Source of the DNA: a virus
Lineage: Duplodnaviria; Caudoviricetes
Length of the DNA stretch: 64,000 nucleotides
Direction: 5' to 3' (one strand)
IMG/VR virus record: IMGVR_UViG_3300025870_000004
Coordinates: 28,687 to 92,686 of that record
Shown: piece by piece, positions 35,164 through 44,305 of the stretch
Layout: each line of letters starts with the position of its first letter
Position numbering within the stretch: the first letter of the stretch is position 1
Position numbers and translations under genes: made by a program
Notes under the pieces: model-generated
Told to the model about the DNA's origin: nothing
The model's input: the letters and a program-made list of their open reading frames with translations, nothing else
Databases searched by the model: none

Positions 35164-35621
35164 TCAATCAAACCAGTCTTGTATACCGTCTTACCATCTT
35201 CCTTCATGGCAGTCAATACAGACTTGCGATTATCTTCGGTCTTGTATGATACATGAACCCAACCAGAGTCAGGAATGCCAGGCGTATAGAACTCAAGGAT
35301 GAGTTGGTCAAAGTCCAGATTGTCTTCAATCCACTTTGCAACTTCGTAGTTGGATGTGCCTGGGCATTCAATGTCCACTGCCTCACCCTTACAATGTTGT
35401 GAACGTGATGAACCACCAACAGCTTCGTTCAGTGCAGGCCCGCGATAACCAGAGTTAATGACGGTGACACCGAAGTTCTCCCTGACGGGTTGAACAACAT
35501 TTTCAAATAGTTCTTTAGCAGCATCTAAATGTTCTCCTTCAGGAGTGTTATCGATACCTTGTCGCAGAGCAGTCTGGGACTTGGTAAATTCACTCAGGGT
35601 GAAGTTCTTTGATAATCTCAA
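35160..35621 (-). CDS. Peptidase M15 (probable endolysin)
   Basis: LSKNFTLSEF..S.TA.R.GIDN; SGYR..LN.AVGG...SQH..GEAVD; WVHVS. TTG start overlaps the phoH stop. Confidence 0.85.
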   Translation of the reverse strand: MRLSKNFTLSEFTKSQTALRQGIDNTPEGEHLDAAKELFENVVQPVRENFGVTVINSGYRGPALNEAVGGSSRSQHCKGEAVDIECPGTSNYEVAKWIEDNLDFDQLILEFYTPGIPDSGWVHVSYKTEDNRKSVLTAMKEDGKTVYKTGLIE

Positions 35622-36304
35622 TTTAGTTTTCCTCTTTCGACCATTTCTTTGGTCATTATATAATCTCTTACAAAGTCTGACCTTACGATATCTGCCCATC
35701 CGAATTCTACCGTTGTAAAGTTATTCATGACTTCCATTATGTTTAGAAAGTCCAGAACACCGTTCTTGTCAGTCTCTTTATTTAGGTCTGATTGATAGTA
35801 GTCACCACTGAAGATAATGCGTGTGTTGCGTCCTACACGGGTGATAATACTATCCAGTTCGTGATATGTAAGGTTCTGCATCTCATCAACCAGAATGATT
35901 GCGTCATCGATTGTCTGTCCTCGAATGAATGAAGTGGACATAAACGAGATTGCACCCTGTGCCTCAAGCGCATTATATGCCATCTTCTCATTGAACAGTT
36001 CTGTAGCGATTGCACGATATGGCGCTGTATATGCGTCCACTTTCTCTTCAATAGAGCCGGGCAGATAACCCATCTCTCGTGTCGGAACAACACTCCTTAC
36101 GATAACAAGTTTGTCTTGTTCATACGACTTGTCAAGAACATCAGAAAGAGCGAGATACATTCCAATGAATGTCTTACCTGTGCCAGCAGAACCAGCGAGA
36201 ACCAAATGGTCTCCGTCATCCCACGAGTCGTATGCTATCTTTTGATTTTGTGTGATGGCATCGTAGTTGAGGAGATGGTCTATCTTGAGACGTTTCATAG
36301 TCAT
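35618..36304 (-). CDS. phoH: PhoH-like protein
   Basis: GSAGTGKT, GYLPGS..EK, FIRG.T, DEMQN, GD..QSD, DIVRS. Confidence 0.95.
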   Translation of the reverse strand: MTMKRLKIDHLLNYDAITQNQKIAYDSWDDGDHLVLAGSAGTGKTFIGMYLALSDVLDKSYEQDKLVIVRSVVPTREMGYLPGSIEEKVDAYTAPYRAIATELFNEKMAYNALEAQGAISFMSTSFIRGQTIDDAIILVDEMQNLTYHELDSIITRVGRNTRIIFSGDYYQSDLNKETDKNGVLDFLNIMEVMNNFTTVEFGWADIVRSDFVRDYIMTKEMVERGKLN

Positions 36305-36519
36305 GTCTTGATAGTAGTCCCTTCGCCCGCACCCTTCTTGATATTCTTCATCAGGTCTTTCCAGTCACCCGATGTTTTATTGATTACGTTGCCTGTAGAT
36401 GAAACAAAGCCAGGTGTGCCTAAAACTTGTTCCATTGGTTCTTCTGAACCGATTGGATACCACTGGTCGTTGTCAGAATCCCAGAAGTAACCGTCTTCTT
36501 CAATGCGTTTTTTAGTCAT
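36301..36519 (-). CDS. Small hypothetical protein upstream of phoH
   Basis: Ribosome-binding site, ATGA overlap; WKDLMKNIKK. Confidence 0.55.
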   Translation of the reverse strand: MTKKRIEEDGYFWDSDNDQWYPIGSEEPMEQVLGTPGFVSSTGNVINKTSGDWKDLMKNIKKGAGEGTTIKT

Positions 36520-36587
36520 AATTAAACTCCAAGTAAGTAACGTTGAGGGTGACCAGCACCCCCAACGAGATACTTGACCACCTACCT

Positions 36588-36755
36588 TTATGCTAGAATT
36601 GAACTTTCGTATTCGGCAATAGTTTGATTGAGAAACTCTTTTTTCGCCGACATCTTTTGAGCAAGGCTAGTGCGTCCTTTTTTATGAAGTCGGTGAATAT
36701 AGTTGTCGAGTTCTCGACTGTCGTTCTTCAATCTCTCTATTTGGTTTCTTGGCAT
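36588..36755 (-). CDS. 55-aa hypothetical protein absent from the ORF track
   Basis: AGGAG ribosome-binding site; MPRNQIERLKNDSRELDNYIHRL. Confidence 0.55.
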   Translation of the reverse strand: MPRNQIERLKNDSRELDNYIHRLHKKGRTSLAQKMSAKKEFLNQTIAEYESSILA

Positions 36756-36795
36756 ATTTGCTCCTTGTGTTAGAGTGAAAAGAACATAACGAAAA

Positions 36796-37215
36796 TTATG
36801 ATAATAGGTTCGGGAACGCCTCCTCTACTATCTTCTTAGTCAAACCTTTTACTGGTGCTTTCTTAGCGACCATATTGAGAACGATGATTGCATCTTCAGC
36901 GTGGATACTTTCCAATAACTGAATGAACATTGTCTCACGTCTCATGTTTGTAATCTTTTCCGATTGAGGTAAACCCTTTACAAAGTAACCAAAGTTGCGA
37001 TGTTCCTTACGCAGGGTCGAGGGAACACTCTCTGGTCTGTTTGGGTTGTAGGGTGGTTTACCTTCGGGTAAACTGAATTCCAGAGTCTCGTCATACGCGC
37101 CGCGACAGACATCTCGAATGGCAGGGATATTGTTTGCTTTAAGCAATTTAATTTTATCGGCTCTGGTAGTTTGTTGCCCAAACTGTTCCAGAATTTCGAA
37201 TACTTCTAATTCCAT
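36796..37215 (-). CDS. Conserved T4-like protein (DUF6433-like)
   Basis: LPEG.PPY...RRETMFIQLLE.IH..DA...V.EAFP. Confidence 0.7.
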   Translation of the reverse strand: MELEVFEILEQFGQQTTRADKIKLLKANNIPAIRDVCRGAYDETLEFSLPEGKPPYNPNRPESVPSTLRKEHRNFGYFVKGLPQSEKITNMRRETMFIQLLESIHAEDAIIVLNMVAKKAPVKGLTKKIVEEAFPNLLS

Positions 37216-37230
37216 TAGAATCCTCTTATA

Positions 37231-37485
37231 TTATATAGGGTTTTCAATCTCTTTATTGTGTAATTTACACACATAATTTATAAAATATTCACGCACACCA
37301 GACGAACTATAAGAGAAGCCTGGAACGGTATGAATACTTATATAGTCTTTATTTACATAACGAAAAATCTCAAACCAGTTCTTGACGAATCCATCTCCGT
37401 CAGGATAGTCGGAGCGGGTAAGAAGATAATCGCCAAGTGTTTCTACGATTTCGTCAAACGGTTTGGATGTCATAGTGTTCATCAA
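37231..37485 (-). CDS. Hypothetical protein
   Basis: ORF within the early operon. Confidence 0.4.
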   Translation of the reverse strand: MMNTMTSKPFDEIVETLGDYLLTRSDYPDGDGFVKNWFEIFRYVNKDYISIHTVPGFSYSSSGVREYFINYVCKLHNKEIENPI

Positions 37486-37645
37486 ACTCCTCTAACATCT
37501 GTTGGTATTCCATAACAAGGAATGTATAAGTTGCCACAGCTTCTTTGTTGTCATTCAGTTCTGCTTTTTCTAGGTCACGCTCGGCGTGTTCAAGAAATCC
37601 CACGATGGCATACCGTTTAGCTCGAATGTCCATTTCATCAATCAT
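37454..37645 (-). CDS. Hypothetical protein
   Basis: ATGA overlap with the upstream gene. Confidence 0.5.
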   Translation of the reverse strand: MIDEMDIRAKRYAIVGFLEHAERDLEKAELNDNKEAVATYTFLVMEYQQMLEEFDEHYDIQTV

Positions 37646-38070
37646 GCGGCTAACGCCTCCTCACCCATTTGGATGTAACCTTTGTCAAACTTGCCTACAT
37701 TGACGTTCACATAGTATGCGATGTCGAAGTAATCAATCATGATGTCGGTTTTGTTATACCACTCACCACGACTTGTCTTGCCCTTCATTGCGGCAACCAA
37801 CTCATTCAGAAAGTCAGCAGTCACTCCGTTATAGAACTTGTCAATGTGATAGGTATTGACTTGACTGTGGTGAAGACCATCAGTGGCAGCGTAAAAGATA
37901 TCATTGCCACGGTTATCTACACCTTCGAAGTTCAAAGGCCCTTGTTGTAGAGTCACAACCAAAGAACTGTGGTGATTGATGCCGATAGAACCTTTCATAC
38001 CATACTTCTTGAGAACTGCCTTAATGCCAGGCGCTAACTCTTTTTTCATCTCTTGTGATACATAAGCCAT
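37642..38070 (-). CDS. Hypothetical early phage protein
   Basis: MAYVSQE.KKELAP.IKAVLKKY...DYFD.AYY....G. It is the first gene after a promoter. Confidence 0.7.
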   Translation of the reverse strand: MAYVSQEMKKELAPGIKAVLKKYGMKGSIGINHHSSLVVTLQQGPLNFEGVDNRGNDIFYAATDGLHHSQVNTYHIDKFYNGVTADFLNELVAAMKGKTSRGEWYNKTDIMIDYFDIAYYVNVNVGKFDKGYIQMGEEALAA

Positions 38071-38101
38071 AGTTTGTTTCCTCTCTCTTAACTATACTAT
38101 T

Positions 38102-38130
38102 ATATTACGACATCCCGCAAAGAATGTCAA
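38102..38130 (-). promoter_or_regulatory. sigma70-type early promoter
   Basis: TTGACA-17-TAATAT; the -35 box contains the upstream TGA. Confidence 0.75.
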
Positions 38131-38369
38131 GCAAAAAGTGCCAAATATTCAGGATTATTTGTTTCTAAAGTAACAAACGGCCCGAAGTATCCTTCGAAAG
38201 TTGCAACAGGTGATTTGTAGTCACCCGCCTGCAAGTCTTCCATGACTTCATCTTTATTGTAATCAAGTTCCCGACACAGATTAGATGCAGCACCTAGAAG
38301 GACAAACGCATTGCCTTCAGGCCCATCTAGGTTGAGAACATATCCAGTATCATTGTTTTGACGTATCAT
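38127..38369 (-). CDS. Hypothetical early protein
   Basis: LDGPEGNAF.LLG...GDY......F...FG. Confidence 0.65.
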   Translation of the reverse strand: MIRQNNDTGYVLNLDGPEGNAFVLLGAASNLCRELDYNKDEVMEDLQAGDYKSPVATFEGYFGPFVTLETNNPEYLALFA

Positions 38370-38370
38370 A

Positions 38371-38625
38371 TTAAGCCTCTGCTTTCCAATTGTAAAGATT
38401 GATATCAAACTCTTCCATAAGAATATTACCAACATTCTCACGGTCAACAGAGTCTCCACCACCCCATTGTTCGCCTTTTATATTTTTGACGTAGATGTTA
38501 ATCGCTTCACGAATTTGTTGTTTGGTCGCAAATCCGTGTTCTCCGTAGATTTCGCCTTCACCATAAAACATGTGGCAATAATCAACAAACTGATTATACT
38601 CTTCTAATTTAATTTCGTAATTCAT
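38371..38625 (-). CDS. Hypothetical early protein, paralogue of 14780..15043
   Basis: FVDYC..FYG...ATKQQI...WGGGDSVDRENVG. Confidence 0.65.
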   Translation of the reverse strand: MNYEIKLEEYNQFVDYCHMFYGEGEIYGEHGFATKQQIREAINIYVKNIKGEQWGGGDSVDRENVGNILMEEFDINLYNWKAEA

Positions 38626-38654
38626 AATCATTTCCTCTCTCTTGACTATATCTT

Positions 38655-38683
38655 ATACTACGACATAGAACAGGAATTGTCAA
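38655..38683 (-). promoter_or_regulatory. sigma70-type early promoter
   Basis: TTGACA-17-TAGTAT; the -35 box contains the upstream TGA. Confidence 0.75.
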
Positions 38684-39867
38684 GCACTTTTTTTAACTTT
38701 TTTTAGATATCCGCGAAGTTGTTCAAAGTTTATTTTCGTATCTTGATAGAAAGGTTCGAGGTCAACATCATCTGGGACTTCAGGCAAGTCTCGCGGTTCG
38801 ATAAAGAACTGACCATCGAATGTCAAATCGTCCTCGATATATCTTGGTTCGTCCCAGAGTTCACACCGAACTTCTTTACCATCAAACTGATAAAAGTCAT
38901 CTGCCAATACACCTAGACCATTCTCTTTGACTACACTGTCCTTATCAACAAAGTTTACCAGAAGTGGAATGGCCGTATCGATAGACCCGTAATGAGATTG
39001 AAAACGAACGTTATACTTTTCCGCGAGTTCTACGAACTCTTGGTCAAGTGCAAATCCACACATGTTAATATTCAGTGTTCTCTTGAATGGTTCGTTAATC
39101 GTCTCAAGAAAATCAATCAGTGTTGCCTTGTTTGGTATCATGATATGAGTCGTATTGATATTATGAATCCACCGATAACCTTGTAATAGAAGAAGGTCTT
39201 CTCCTGATAAGTCATGACCGATAGCAATATTAAAATGCCGTTGTGACCCCATCAGGGATGGGAACAAAGATGTTAGGAGTGCAGATGCGTGATGTAGATT
39301 GCGTGAGTGACATACAAAAGAACTAGGTTCGAAATCAAACACATTAATATTTCTCTTTGATATTGCATAAACTTCTTTGTGTGAGAATAAGACTGGTCGA
39401 GATGCCTTCGTTGTTCCTGATGTTGAACTCAAAAGAAGTGGGTCATCTGATGACACTTCTACATAGAAGTCTTCTGTTGACGAATCATCTCTGATATCGA
39501 TTGACTTACCACCATATCGTCTAATCATCTCGTCATGGAGACCATTGTAAATCTTTGTGGTGTCTTCCTGTGAGTCATGAATGTAATACTTACTTGGCCC
39601 GTGTAGTGCAAGTTTGGTAAACGGGAGTGACTCTATCGTTGCAGGACTATCCAGAATGATAATCTTCAGTCCCATTTCCGCACAGGCGAACAGAGATGCG
39701 ACATGTTCCATACTCACTCGCATAATGGATATGGTTACGAGGTCACCCTTCGTTGCGCCTGCGTCACGCAACATGTTCTTGATTCTGTTGATTGTGAAGC
39801 AGATTGTATCTTTGGTGTAATCATCAAAGATTATATCGTCTCCAATACAATCACGATTTACAAACAT
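38680..39867 (-). CDS. Truncated adenylate-forming (AMP-binding/ANL) enzyme
   Basis: L...G...GD.V, LLSSTSGTT....V.FSH, LHH, HYGS.DT. Confidence 0.7.
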   Translation of the reverse strand: MFVNRDCIGDDIIFDDYTKDTICFTINRIKNMLRDAGATKGDLVTISIMRVSMEHVASLFACAEMGLKIIILDSPATIESLPFTKLALHGPSKYYIHDSQEDTTKIYNGLHDEMIRRYGGKSIDIRDDSSTEDFYVEVSSDDPLLLSSTSGTTKASRPVLFSHKEVYAISKRNINVFDFEPSSFVCHSRNLHHASALLTSLFPSLMGSQRHFNIAIGHDLSGEDLLLLQGYRWIHNINTTHIMIPNKATLIDFLETINEPFKRTLNINMCGFALDQEFVELAEKYNVRFQSHYGSIDTAIPLLVNFVDKDSVVKENGLGVLADDFYQFDGKEVRCELWDEPRYIEDDLTFDGQFFIEPRDLPEVPDDVDLEPFYQDTKINFEQLRGYLKKVKKSA

Positions 39868-40811
39868 TTTGGTAATGACTCCATGTCTCCATAGATGTGT
39901 TCATCATATCTCAATACTTTGGTTCTTTTAGGTATTCTGACATCGGAATGCACATCCTCGTCGTATCCAAATAAAATATCAATTCTGTTTTTTATCAACG
40001 CTCTCTCAAGTATTGCGATTATAATATCCATAGTTCCACCATAGTCCACATCAGGAAGAGGTAATTCATACACCTTTTTTGCAGACATCATACTGGGGAC
40101 AATCAATAGTTCTAGTGCCGACATATGTCCATGATTTTTTGTGAGAGCGATATTCTTATCGCGATAACCAAATATATCAACCACCTTTTCTGCTTTGTTT
40201 AGAACCTCTTGATGTGTATGGAATTTGGGTGTCCACCCCACACCCTTGTTCCAATCAGCGGTAGTCATACAAACAAGAGTGTCGGGTGTTACTTCCCACG
40301 GTTGATTATACTCATCACTAAACTCTTCAATCCTAGAAAATGGTATATGTTCTCGTGGAAAAAGACTCATAAAAAACTCGCCAAACCCAGAACCATCGAT
40401 ATCTCTTTTGGTTACACCGTTTGATATCTCTTCGTCTAATCCGTGAATAACGATTGCATTTGTCATGCCCCATCGGTTTGTTCTTTTATTGTATTCTGAA
40501 AAACACTCTAATACTTTATATCGGTTTTCCTCAGGCCACATATCATCTAGTGGTGTGTGTAATACGCAACCTAACTCAAACCCCGCAAACATAAATGCAA
40601 GATAATTAATTGATGTAGAAAAATCAATTACTGTTATGAGACTTTCTCGTTCAACCCCATAATCTATAAGAACATTTTTTGCTTGATTGATACGCAGACA
40701 CAGGTCATCGTAGGTATAGACTTTACCATCAAAGCCCTGAAACACAATATCTCGTTTTATTAGGTTACGACCTAAGATGTTTGGAATGGATTTTACAGCC
40801 GATGAATTCAT
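39858..40811 (-). CDS. Degenerate AMP-binding-like paralogue
   Basis: YTYDDL..RIN..KNVL...GV, FAGFELG, PKFHTH.EV; lacks a TSGTT loop. Confidence 0.55.
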   Translation of the reverse strand: MNSSAVKSIPNILGRNLIKRDIVFQGFDGKVYTYDDLCLRINQAKNVLIDYGVERESLITVIDFSTSINYLAFMFAGFELGCVLHTPLDDMWPEENRYKVLECFSEYNKRTNRWGMTNAIVIHGLDEEISNGVTKRDIDGSGFGEFFMSLFPREHIPFSRIEEFSDEYNQPWEVTPDTLVCMTTADWNKGVGWTPKFHTHQEVLNKAEKVVDIFGYRDKNIALTKNHGHMSALELLIVPSMMSAKKVYELPLPDVDYGGTMDIIIAILERALIKNRIDILFGYDEDVHSDVRIPKRTKVLRYDEHIYGDMESLPKCL

Positions 40812-41169
40812 TGTAATAATCGTCTCTTAGTAACACATCATATTGAAATTGTAGTTTCGCTTCATAGTATGAACAGTCCCCTTTGGTCTTACACAGTCTG
40901 AGAATCTCTCTATGGAACTCCTGTCCACCTTCTAGAAGTGTCTTTACTTGTTCTGACGAACCATAGTATTTCTTCCAGTCAGATTGAACTCTTGTCCGAA
41001 CTCTACGTTTTCTTGTCTTTGTCTTGGGGAGAATCTTGGGTTTCCAGAAGAACTTTTTACCGATATACTTCTTACCAGTAGACACCTCTGTAAGGCAGTA
41101 GACGAATCCTTGGTATTCCTCCAAGAACTCGTCTTCTGGTTCAAACTCTTTATCTTCATATATCCACAT
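40765..41169 (-). CDS. GIY-YIG family nuclease
   Basis: GFVYCLT...GKKYIGKK...W..YYGS...REIL..C...E. Confidence 0.75.
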   Translation of the reverse strand: MWIYEDKEFEPEDEFLEEYQGFVYCLTEVSTGKKYIGKKFFWKPKILPKTKTRKRRVRTRVQSDWKKYYGSSEQVKTLLEGGQEFHREILRLCKTKGDCSYYEAKLQFQYDVLLRDDYYNEFIGCKIHSKHLRS

Positions 41170-41183
41170 GAAGGTATATATGT

Positions 41184-41300
41184 TTAATTTATAGATGTCC
41201 CACACATGGGGCAGTATTGAGGTTCTTCCTCACTATTGTAAACAAGAACCTCAACAACACTCTCACATACGTCACATTCTATTTCGTATGTTTCATCCAC
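41184..41300 (-). CDS. 38-aa rubredoxin/zinc-ribbon-like protein absent from the ORF track
   Basis: GTG start overlaps the nrdB TAG; MDETYEIECDVC...YCPMCGTSIN*. Confidence 0.6.
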   Translation of the reverse strand: MDETYEIECDVCESVVEVLVYNSEEEPQYCPMCGTSIN

Positions 41301-42259
41301 TATGCTACTTCATCCCAACCCCAGTCACCTTCCATTCCATTGACGGAATATTCGGTAACTCGCTTCTCAAAGAAGTTGTCGTGGGATGCGCCATTCAATA
41401 CCCAGTCCAACCACGGTAGTGGATTGTCCTTGACACCGAACTTTGGTTTCATACCAAGTTGTAGAAGTCTACGGTCTGCGATGTGACGGATGTATTGTTT
41501 CACATCTTCTTCGGTCAGACCTTCCATCTCCATACCATCAAATGCGAGTTTGATGAATCGGTCTTCCAGTTTGACGACATCTTTTGCCATCTGATAGATT
41601 TTAGATTTCAGTTCGTCATTGACGATGCGTGGTTTCTCTTGACAGAATTCACGGAACAACTTCGCGTTGCCTTGGACGTGGAGAGTCTCGTCACGAATAG
41701 ACCACTCAACAACTGTTCCCATACCCTTCATCTTACCGAAGCGTTGGAAGTTCAACAACATCACAAACGATGCGAACACTGACAGACCTTCGTTGAAAAC
41801 AGACTGCGCGAGGGACAATGCGAGACCAGTATGACTGTTGATGTCACCTTGTTTCATAAAGTCAATCTTGTCTGCCATCTCAGAGTATTCGAGGAACATA
41901 TGAAAGTCCTCATCAGGCAGACCTAGCGTATCATTCAACAATGCATATGCACGTTGATGAACTGCTTCACGACCTGCAAACGATGATAACATGTTGCGGA
42001 CTTCATTGTTCTTAAACTTAGGAATCAAAAGTTCATGGTAGTTCTCACCAACCTGAACATCTGATTGTGTAAACAGACGAAGAACCTGTGTGATGAAGTT
42101 CTTCTCTACATCAGTAAGTTTGGTCTTCCAGTCTTGAACGTCTTCGCTCAATTCAACTTCGTCTTCTACCCAATGGACTTCCTCGTGTTTCTTTGACAGG
42201 TCTACTGCCCATGGGTGTTTAAATGGTTTATATGTTGTGCTAAAATCTAGTAGTGACAT
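41300..42259 (-). CDS. nrdB: Class Ia ribonucleotide reductase beta subunit
   Basis: FTQSD..V..NY, REAVHQRAY, EGL..F.SF, RDETLH, NFFE.RV.EY. Confidence 0.97.
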   Translation of the reverse strand: MSLLDFSTTYKPFKHPWAVDLSKKHEEVHWVEDEVELSEDVQDWKTKLTDVEKNFITQVLRLFTQSDVQVGENYHELLIPKFKNNEVRNMLSSFAGREAVHQRAYALLNDTLGLPDEDFHMFLEYSEMADKIDFMKQGDINSHTGLALSLAQSVFNEGLSVFASFVMLLNFQRFGKMKGMGTVVEWSIRDETLHVQGNAKLFREFCQEKPRIVNDELKSKIYQMAKDVVKLEDRFIKLAFDGMEMEGLTEEDVKQYIRHIADRRLLQLGMKPKFGVKDNPLPWLDWVLNGASHDNFFEKRVTEYSVNGMEGDWGWDEVA

Positions 42260-42269
42260 CGTTTCTCCT

Positions 42270-44255
42270 CTAACCTTCGCAGGCTCTACATTCGTCGTCT
42301 TCTGTTGTCTCTAGTGGTTTGTTAAAGTGTTCCATAAGTTCATCATATCCCCCAATGTATTCACCCTCAATGTAAATCTGTGGGACAGTTTTAACTTCTC
42401 GACCTGTCACTTCACGGGCAGTCTTGCCAATTTCTTTTAGGTCGATGTAATCAAAAGGAATGCCACGCAAGCGAAGTTCTTCCTTTGCCATAGAACAGAA
42501 TGGACAATCTGACTTGCCATATACAATGGTTCGCATATCACCCGCAAGGGCAACACGTTCTACCTTCTCAGAGACGTTCTCTGCACGCTGTTTTGCTTCG
42601 GTGCGTAGATAGTATAGTCCTTTTAGACCTTTCTTCCACGCACTAAAGTGAACCTTATTTACATATGACTTCTCCGCACCAGCAGGGAAGAACAGGTTCA
42701 CTGATTGACCTTGACAAATAAACGGTTGACGTTCTGCGGCATGTTGAACAACCCACATCTGGTCTAGTTCGTCTGCGGTCTTAAAGATTGACTTCTCACC
42801 CTCATTGAGGAATGGTAAGTGTTGAACAGAACCCTTCTTGGTAATAATAGAAGTCCAATTGGATTCGTTGTTCTCACCCTTCTCAGTCAGAAGTTCATCG
42901 AGGTATTTGTTCTTTACCAAGAATGAACCTGCACGAGTTCGATGGGTGTATGCGTTTGCCTTCAATGGTTCGATAGAAGGACTTGTTGATAGAATTATTC
43001 CACTGGAGGCGTTTGGGGCGATGGCGAGCAAGTGTGAGTTGCGCCTTTTACTCCCAACACCATCAGGATACTCACCACGCTCTTCGGCAAGGAGTTTAGT
43101 TTCCGCAACCGCTTCTCTGTTGATGAAGTCGAACACGGTTTTGTTGATTTCTCGGGCTGCTTCTGATTCCCATGCGACTCCTTGTTTTTGGAGGAGGCTG
43201 TGGAATCCCATTGCTCCGAGCCCGATTGAGCGTTCTCGTTCTGCACTGTATTTGGCCCGTGAGATTGTGTCTGGTGCTTCGTCGATAAAGAACTGCAAGA
43301 CATTATCAAGCATCCGCACAAGGTCACGAATAATAGTTGTATCTTTCCATTCATCGTAGTATTCTAAATTCAGAGATGACAAGCAACACACAGCAGTTCT
43401 GTCTGCGTCTGTTGGTAGGTGAATCTCGTTACACAGGTTTGACCCGTGAATCTTTAGTCCTCTATCTTTTAACGGTTGTGGCAACGCTTTGTTTGCCGTA
43501 TCAATGAAGTTCAAGTATGGTTCACCTGTTCGGAAACGAATCTCAAGGAGACGTTCCCATAACTTACGAGCGTTGACCGTATCTTTTACTTCATCATTCT
43601 TTGGGTCACGCAAATCAAAGTCTTTGTTCTCAAACACACACTGCATGAACTCATCGCTGATATTTATAGCATTGTGTAAGTTGAGCGCTTTGCGTTGCAC
43701 ATCACCAGTAGGAATACGCATGTTCATGAACTCAACAACATCTGGATGTGAGATGTCCATGTATGCGGCATATGAACCCTTGCGTGTCTTACCTTGACGA
43801 TACGCAATCATGTCTGCATCTACTGTATGTAGAAATGGCATTGGGCCAGGTGCGATGTCTGAAACAGTTCGCACATCTGACCAGTGTCCTCCGACACCAC
43901 CACCATAGACGGATAACCAACGCAACTCTGACGAGTGACTAATCAGACCCTCAAGTGTATCAGGGACATAGGTGAGGAAACAAGAGATAGGCATCCCTTT
44001 GTCTTTCTTCTCACCGTTGGGTGCATTGGACAATACAGGAGAGGCAAACATGAACCATTTGTTAGACACATAGTCATAGAGACGTTGTGCAAGGTCTTCG
44101 TCCATCTCTTCTCTATACTTACTCCACGCTTCTGATGCCCGTCTAAATCCTTCTTGTGGACTCTTCTCATAATCATTTAGGTAAAAGTCTTTTAGCATCC
44201 CGACTGCGTATTCAGCGAGTAGGGAGTCTTTCTTCTTATCAATTTTAACGGACAT
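42270..44255 (-). CDS. nrdA: Class Ia ribonucleotide reductase alpha subunit (no ATP cone) with an inserted glutaredoxin domain
   Basis: PISCF, SNLCNEI, CCLSSLNL, APNASS, GLYY; then CPFC...TVPQI..GGY; ends CRACEG. Confidence 0.97.
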   Translation of the reverse strand: MSVKIDKKKDSLLAEYAVGMLKDFYLNDYEKSPQEGFRRASEAWSKYREEMDEDLAQRLYDYVSNKWFMFASPVLSNAPNGEKKDKGMPISCFLTYVPDTLEGLISHSSELRWLSVYGGGVGGHWSDVRTVSDIAPGPMPFLHTVDADMIAYRQGKTRKGSYAAYMDISHPDVVEFMNMRIPTGDVQRKALNLHNAINISDEFMQCVFENKDFDLRDPKNDEVKDTVNARKLWERLLEIRFRTGEPYLNFIDTANKALPQPLKDRGLKIHGSNLCNEIHLPTDADRTAVCCLSSLNLEYYDEWKDTTIIRDLVRMLDNVLQFFIDEAPDTISRAKYSAERERSIGLGAMGFHSLLQKQGVAWESEAAREINKTVFDFINREAVAETKLLAEERGEYPDGVGSKRRNSHLLAIAPNASSGIILSTSPSIEPLKANAYTHRTRAGSFLVKNKYLDELLTEKGENNESNWTSIITKKGSVQHLPFLNEGEKSIFKTADELDQMWVVQHAAERQPFICQGQSVNLFFPAGAEKSYVNKVHFSAWKKGLKGLYYLRTEAKQRAENVSEKVERVALAGDMRTIVYGKSDCPFCSMAKEELRLRGIPFDYIDLKEIGKTAREVTGREVKTVPQIYIEGEYIGGYDELMEHFNKPLETTEDDECRACEG

Positions 44256-44297
44256 ATTATCTTTCCATAGCGTATGGGTTATCTCTGGGGGTGATAC

Positions 44298-44305
44298 TAC
44301 TTATA
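44298..44305 (-). promoter_or_regulatory. Possible late promoter variant TATAAGTA inside the nrdA leader hairpin
   Basis: 7/8 match to TATAAATA. Confidence 0.4.

Noticed and set aside
36301-36600. Pho box upstream of phoH
   Set aside because: No tandem CTGTCAT-like repeats with 11-bp spacing were seen.
40765-41169. Mobile homing endonuclease
   Set aside because: It has only a short catalytic GIY-YIG domain with no DNA-binding extension and no host intron, so it is more likely a resident nuclease.
41300-44255. Intron or intein in nrdA or nrdB
   Set aside because: Both frames are continuous and of expected length. The only extra segment is a glutaredoxin without splicing motifs.
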